Positions 20,013-23,695 of a stretch of DNA of 23,695 nt are shown piece after piece. Each line of letters begins with the position of its first letter. Position 1 is the stretch's first letter. The stretch is taken from positions 62,001-85,695 of the forward strand of contig JAQOWU010000004.1 of NCBI GenBank assembly GCA_030867685.1, written 5' to 3'. This DNA comes from Wickerhamiella versatilis. Taxonomy: Eukaryota. A program made the position numbers and the translations under genes. Below the pieces are notes generated by a model. It saw only the letters and a program-made list of their open reading frames with translations, searched no databases and was not told where the DNA came from.

Positions 20013-20395
20013 AAGCAGGAAGTCAGTCATCGGTCTGTTTGTTGATTAGTGCCAGTGACATCATTATCTAGAGGAAAATTCTAAGGCGTAAAGAGAGATG
20101 CTCAGAGCCTGACATTAGCCATTCAGCCCCAAAATTCTAACTATGAGCCATCCGAGAACAGAGATCTGAAATATATTCTTTCCTCCAGCACCAACTTCCT
20201 CCCAAATCACCCATCCAGGTAAATTACACCGGCCACGTTATCATCCCTCTAATTATACTAGTTTAACACCGACATAACGGTGATGAAAGTTTACCCTTTG
20301 AGTTTAGTATTTGATAAATGGCTATATGTAATAATTTATAATAAGGATCAGAGAATCAGTAATAAAATATCTCAAACATGCCAAGCAAGCTTCAT

Positions 20396-22147
20396 TCAGC
20401 CTGCTCCATATTTAGCTACTGCCTTATCATGAATCTCTTTCCCTCTTAGCCTCATGTAAATAGGCAGAGGTATAAGCATGAATGATATAAATGTGAGAAT
20501 TGTGCAGCCCCATCCTACCGGATAACCATCAATAGCAGTGTTGTTGTACATGTAACGAGCAAACAATGGGAATGCTGCAGCAAGTAAAGCCCTAGCAACA
20601 GAATTTGAAGCGAATGCTGAAGCTATTAAGTGCGAAGGATACAGATTAGCCAGGAATGACAGGTAAGATTGAAAAGCAAGCCAGAGAGAGCCACCAAAAA
20701 TGGCCAGACCAACCACCGAAGGGAACCAATGGACACCCGGATGTGAAGACCAGCCATATATTAAGAGTCCCAATGGGTACATTACTGCAGAAACGATTGC
20801 AGTATTACCGAAAATAGCGTACGGATCTACCGCTTTTGATTCACGCGGATTAACGCTTCCATCTCTTTTCAGTGGTGATATCAGGAAATACTGCAAATAG
20901 GGCGTATAAAGGAAACCCATTATGACAATCCCTGCTATAAGCCCAAGGTACATGAGACCCTGCTGTACTGCATTGAAATTATATACGCTGCCATATGATA
21001 TAGGGACGGCTTCGAAAAACAGGTACATGATAGCATACATCAGCCCTAGATGTAGATCAATAAGTGCAAGGACTGGTTCACGTATAGTTATCTCTATTGG
21101 TTTCCAAAATATTTCCTTGAGAACTTGTTGCGTGCTCTGGTTCCTGAGCTGTATATCCCCTGGGGCGACAATATTAGGATTCTTCAATCGACGACGGAGA
21201 CTCCTTGCTTTTTTCATCAGGATAGCCTGGTGACTTGTTTCAGGGAAAAGGAACAGTATGGCCACAAGAACTGCTCCAGCTTGGATCAATAGATACCAGA
21301 AAGCCCAGCGCCATGAGTTGTGTTGGACCAGCGCACCACCAATCAATGGCCCAATACAAGGTCCAAGAACAGCCCCAGCAGACCAAGCAATAAGCGCATA
21401 TGTTACAAATGGGAAACCAAATATGTCATCGTAAGTAGCACCGCCAGTTGCCAACGGTGGGCTGGCCATACACCCACCCAAGAGGCGAAGCACAGCGAAA
21501 GGGGCTATGTGATTGCATAGGGCAGTTGGAATTTGTAAAGCACAAAAGACAAGCTGGCAGAACAGGTAAATCCATAATCTCCCACCAAAGAGGGGATTGT
21601 CACTCATTGGGCTGAACCACAATGACGCAATTCCATACCCCCACACATAAAGAGATAACCCAAGCGTTACCTTGACTTCACTAGTTTGGAAGTGCCCAAT
21701 AAGCTGCTGTTCTGCCGGAGTGAACAACGCTGAACCCATGTATAAGGAAGCTGTAATCAACGCCATAACAAGAGCCACAATAGCCTTTTTTGGAAACGGC
21801 CAGTTACGGGGATTTGCAACATCATCTGGTCCATCCCAATCGACAATAATATGGTTCACGGCATCGGGATCATCGTGGCCCTTTTTCCGTCTGTAGTCTG
21901 CTGCAGAAGCGTACCTATCACCAACTATGGCCGCATCAATTTCGTTTTGGGTGGATTTTGCCTGGGAATTCCAGGATGCACTAGAGGCTGTATCTTGGTC
22001 AAAATTTTCCTCCAAATATCTTTTGGGTACTGTATAGCTCTCTAGCTCAAACAACGGTTTGCAAAAGCGCCGTCCTGATATTTCATAAATAAAAATTCCC
22101 ACACTACTGTCACGAAGTAGAGAGCTTATGCTATAAGCGATGCTCAT
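20396..22147 (-). CDS. MFS multidrug:H+ antiporter, DHA1 family (FLR1/MDR1/Caf5-like)
   Basis: IIVDWDGPDDVANPRNWP, YMGSALFTP, LGLSLYVWGYG, SPPLATGGA, LGPCIGPLIGG, FPETS, YLFFEAVPI, ASAFASN and GYPVGWG. Confidence 0.92.
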   Translation of the reverse strand: MSIAYSISSLLRDSSVGIFIYEISGRRFCKPLFELESYTVPKRYLEENFDQDTASSASWNSQAKSTQNEIDAAIVGDRYASAADYRRKKGHDDPDAVNHIIVDWDGPDDVANPRNWPFPKKAIVALVMALITASLYMGSALFTPAEQQLIGHFQTSEVKVTLGLSLYVWGYGIASLWFSPMSDNPLFGGRLWIYLFCQLVFCALQIPTALCNHIAPFAVLRLLGGCMASPPLATGGATYDDIFGFPFVTYALIAWSAGAVLGPCIGPLIGGALVQHNSWRWAFWYLLIQAGAVLVAILFLFPETSHQAILMKKARSLRRRLKNPNIVAPGDIQLRNQSTQQVLKEIFWKPIEITIREPVLALIDLHLGLMYAIMYLFFEAVPISYGSVYNFNAVQQGLMYLGLIAGIVIMGFLYTPYLQYFLISPLKRDGSVNPRESKAVDPYAIFGNTAIVSAVMYPLGLLIYGWSSHPGVHWFPSVVGLAIFGGSLWLAFQSYLSFLANLYPSHLIASAFASNSVARALLAAAFPLFARYMYNNTAIDGYPVGWGCTILTFISFMLIPLPIYMRLRGKEIHDKAVAKYGAG

Positions 22148-22689
22148 TTAGAAAACATTTAGGATATGACACAATCTTTTAACGCTAATCCTGATGACCT
22201 TACAACCGTACAGATAGACAGACTAACATTAGATAATATTACCAATATTGCAGAAATATATTACAAGCATGGATAGTCGCTCCTCATTGTTCTGACGTGT
22301 GATTTACTATTTTAGCTAGTACCATGAGCAGATTCGTCATCCGGGATACCAATAATATTGTCGAAGTTTTTTTTCCATTTTAGAACTTTGTCTGGTCCAC
22401 ACTTGTCGAGGAGGAAATAACCGTTAGGCGAGGCAAACCTAGTCTCACGCAAGGTACGCGGACTAAGCGTAACCTTTGTCAGTCCTGGTGGCGTAGGGGT
22501 AACCCTGGCTAAGTGATTTAGGCAACTGGGAGACGGTACACTTCACTTTCCATAGCAGTTGCTGGGTTTGGATTTGTCTCGAGCATCTTCCACGTGCCGG
22601 TTATCCTCAAGACCGAAGACACGTCAAGCAATGCTCAGAAAGTGAAGGATGGGTTAGCAATATCCAAAGTGAACGTGGAGGTGTCGTCA

Positions 22690-22727
22690 TCTCTGCATGA
22701 TTGGTAATATTATCAATCATGCAGAGA
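22690..22727. repeat. 38-bp near-perfect palindrome
   Basis: TCTCTGCATGATTGGTAAT|ATTATCAATCATGCAGAGA, 19-bp arms, no spacer, one G-T mismatch. Confidence 0.85.
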
Positions 22728-22946
22728 GAGGCTGAGTGACGTTGAGACTGCTGTGCCGCTCACGGTCATATACACGTACTTTTCGCATTTGGTAGCATAA
22801 CTTTTTTTGATATTTGAGATCATTTACTTGTGTACCAAAATAACTGTTGGACTTGGGACCAACAAGTCCAAGATACCTGCCCTATGTAAGGTACAATTGC
22901 CTCTAAGAACGTGCAGTGGCAATCACAACAGGGTAGGGGTGTATTC

Positions 22947-22967
22947 GACAATGCAAGATAGCCCACT
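22947..22967 (+). repeat. Interstitial partial copy of the 41-bp unit
   Basis: GACAATGCAAGATAGCCCACT, 21/21 match. Confidence 0.9.
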
Positions 22968-23048
22968 CCGGGTAGGGTTGGAAAGAGGGCTTATATTAAT
23001 TGTGATTTAACGTGAATATTGCATTTCATATTCATTATTATATAAAAG

Positions 23049-23228
23049 ATGTCTATTACGCTTGTCACTGGAGCGAACCAAGGACTGGGACTCGCATTGA
23101 TTGTTGCCCTAGCTGAACACGATTCAAGTTCTAAGTTGATTCTGGCATCTCGAAACCTCGTTAACGGGCAAAAAGCGGCTGCTGATCTCCAAAAGAAGGG
23201 ATACACGAATATTGATACTGTACAGCTT
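23049..23228 (+). pseudogene. Short-chain dehydrogenase/reductase truncated after 60 codons by the tandem array
   Basis: MSITLVTGANQGLG (TGxxxGxG), LILASRN and IDTVQL, then the frame runs into the repeat where the conserved LD(V) Asp is expected. Confidence 0.88.
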
Positions 23229-23695
23229 GGTTGGACAATGCAAGATAGCCCACTTCACTACCTGAGACTGGTTGGACAATGCAAGATAGCCCACTTCACT
23301 ACCTGAGACTGGTTGGACAATGCAAGATAGCCCACTTCACTACCTGAGACTGGTTGGACAATGCAAGATAGCCCACTTCACTACCTGAGACTGGTTGGAC
23401 AATGCAAGATAGCCCACTTCACTACCTGAGACTGGTTGGACAATGCAAGATAGCCCACTTCACTACCTGAGACTGGTTGGACAATGCAAGATAGCCCACT
23501 TCACTACCTGAGACTGGTTGGACAATGCAAGATAGCCCACTTCACTACCTGAGACTGGTTGGACAATGCAAGATAGCCCACTTCACTACCTGAGACTGGT
23601 TGGACAATGCAAGATAGCCCACTTCACTACCTGAGACTGGTTGGACAATGCAAGATAGCCCACTTCACTACCTGAGACTGGTTGGACAATGCAAG
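23228..23695 (+). repeat. Perfect tandem array of a 41-bp unit, about 11.4 copies to the window end; candidate telomere
   Basis: GGACAAT recurs at 23233, 23274, 23315 and onward (period 41). No variants or spacers seen. The array itself is certain; the telomere role is inferred. Confidence 0.95.

Noticed and set aside
19810-20395. The 46-bp copy as the telomerase RNA gene itself
   Set aside because: It has a mismatch to the array (20006) and sits in an intergenic gap of only about 0.6 kb in an unstable region. It is more likely a copy of the template, though this is not formally excluded.
23229-23306. C-terminal peptide GWTMQDSPLHYLRLVGQCK of the SDR ORF, and similar peptides in ORFs 1416..1613, 5252..5530 and 22807..23010
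   Set aside because: These are translations of the repeat unit, not a protein family
23228-23695. CRISPR array interpretation
   Set aside because: Units are directly head-to-tail with no unique spacers, there are no cas genes, and the context is eukaryotic
1-23695. Transposon, LTR, tRNA or rRNA genes, subtelomeric helicase
   Set aside because: No transposase, reverse transcriptase, helicase or structural RNA signatures recognised

Overview
Eukaryotic, apparently intron-poor fungal (probably budding-yeast) DNA that looks like a subtelomere. It carries accessory genes: an allantoate-permease-family MFS, a divergent xanA / NCS2 purine permease pair, a secreted aspartic protease with an unusual duplicated C-terminal domain, two alpha/beta hydrolases and a FLR1/MDR1-type MFS. 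It also carries broken genes: a frameshifted acyltransferase, an NmrA-like remnant, an ATR1-like remnant and a truncated SDR. The window ends in a perfect tandem array (23228-23695, about 11.4 copies) of a 41-bp unit, GGTTGGACAATGCAAGATAGCCCACTTCACTACCTGAGACT, which cuts off the SDR gene after codon 60, as de novo telomere addition would. At least 11 partial copies of the unit lie in intergenic DNA on both strands. Ten of them fit one permutation window, CCACT...GCCCACT(T), the footprint expected of a 46-47 nt telomerase template. The main hypothesis is an exceptionally long, non-G-rich telomere repeat whose insertion scars separate successively captured gene modules. Whether the window end is a true chromosome end cannot be seen from the sequence.
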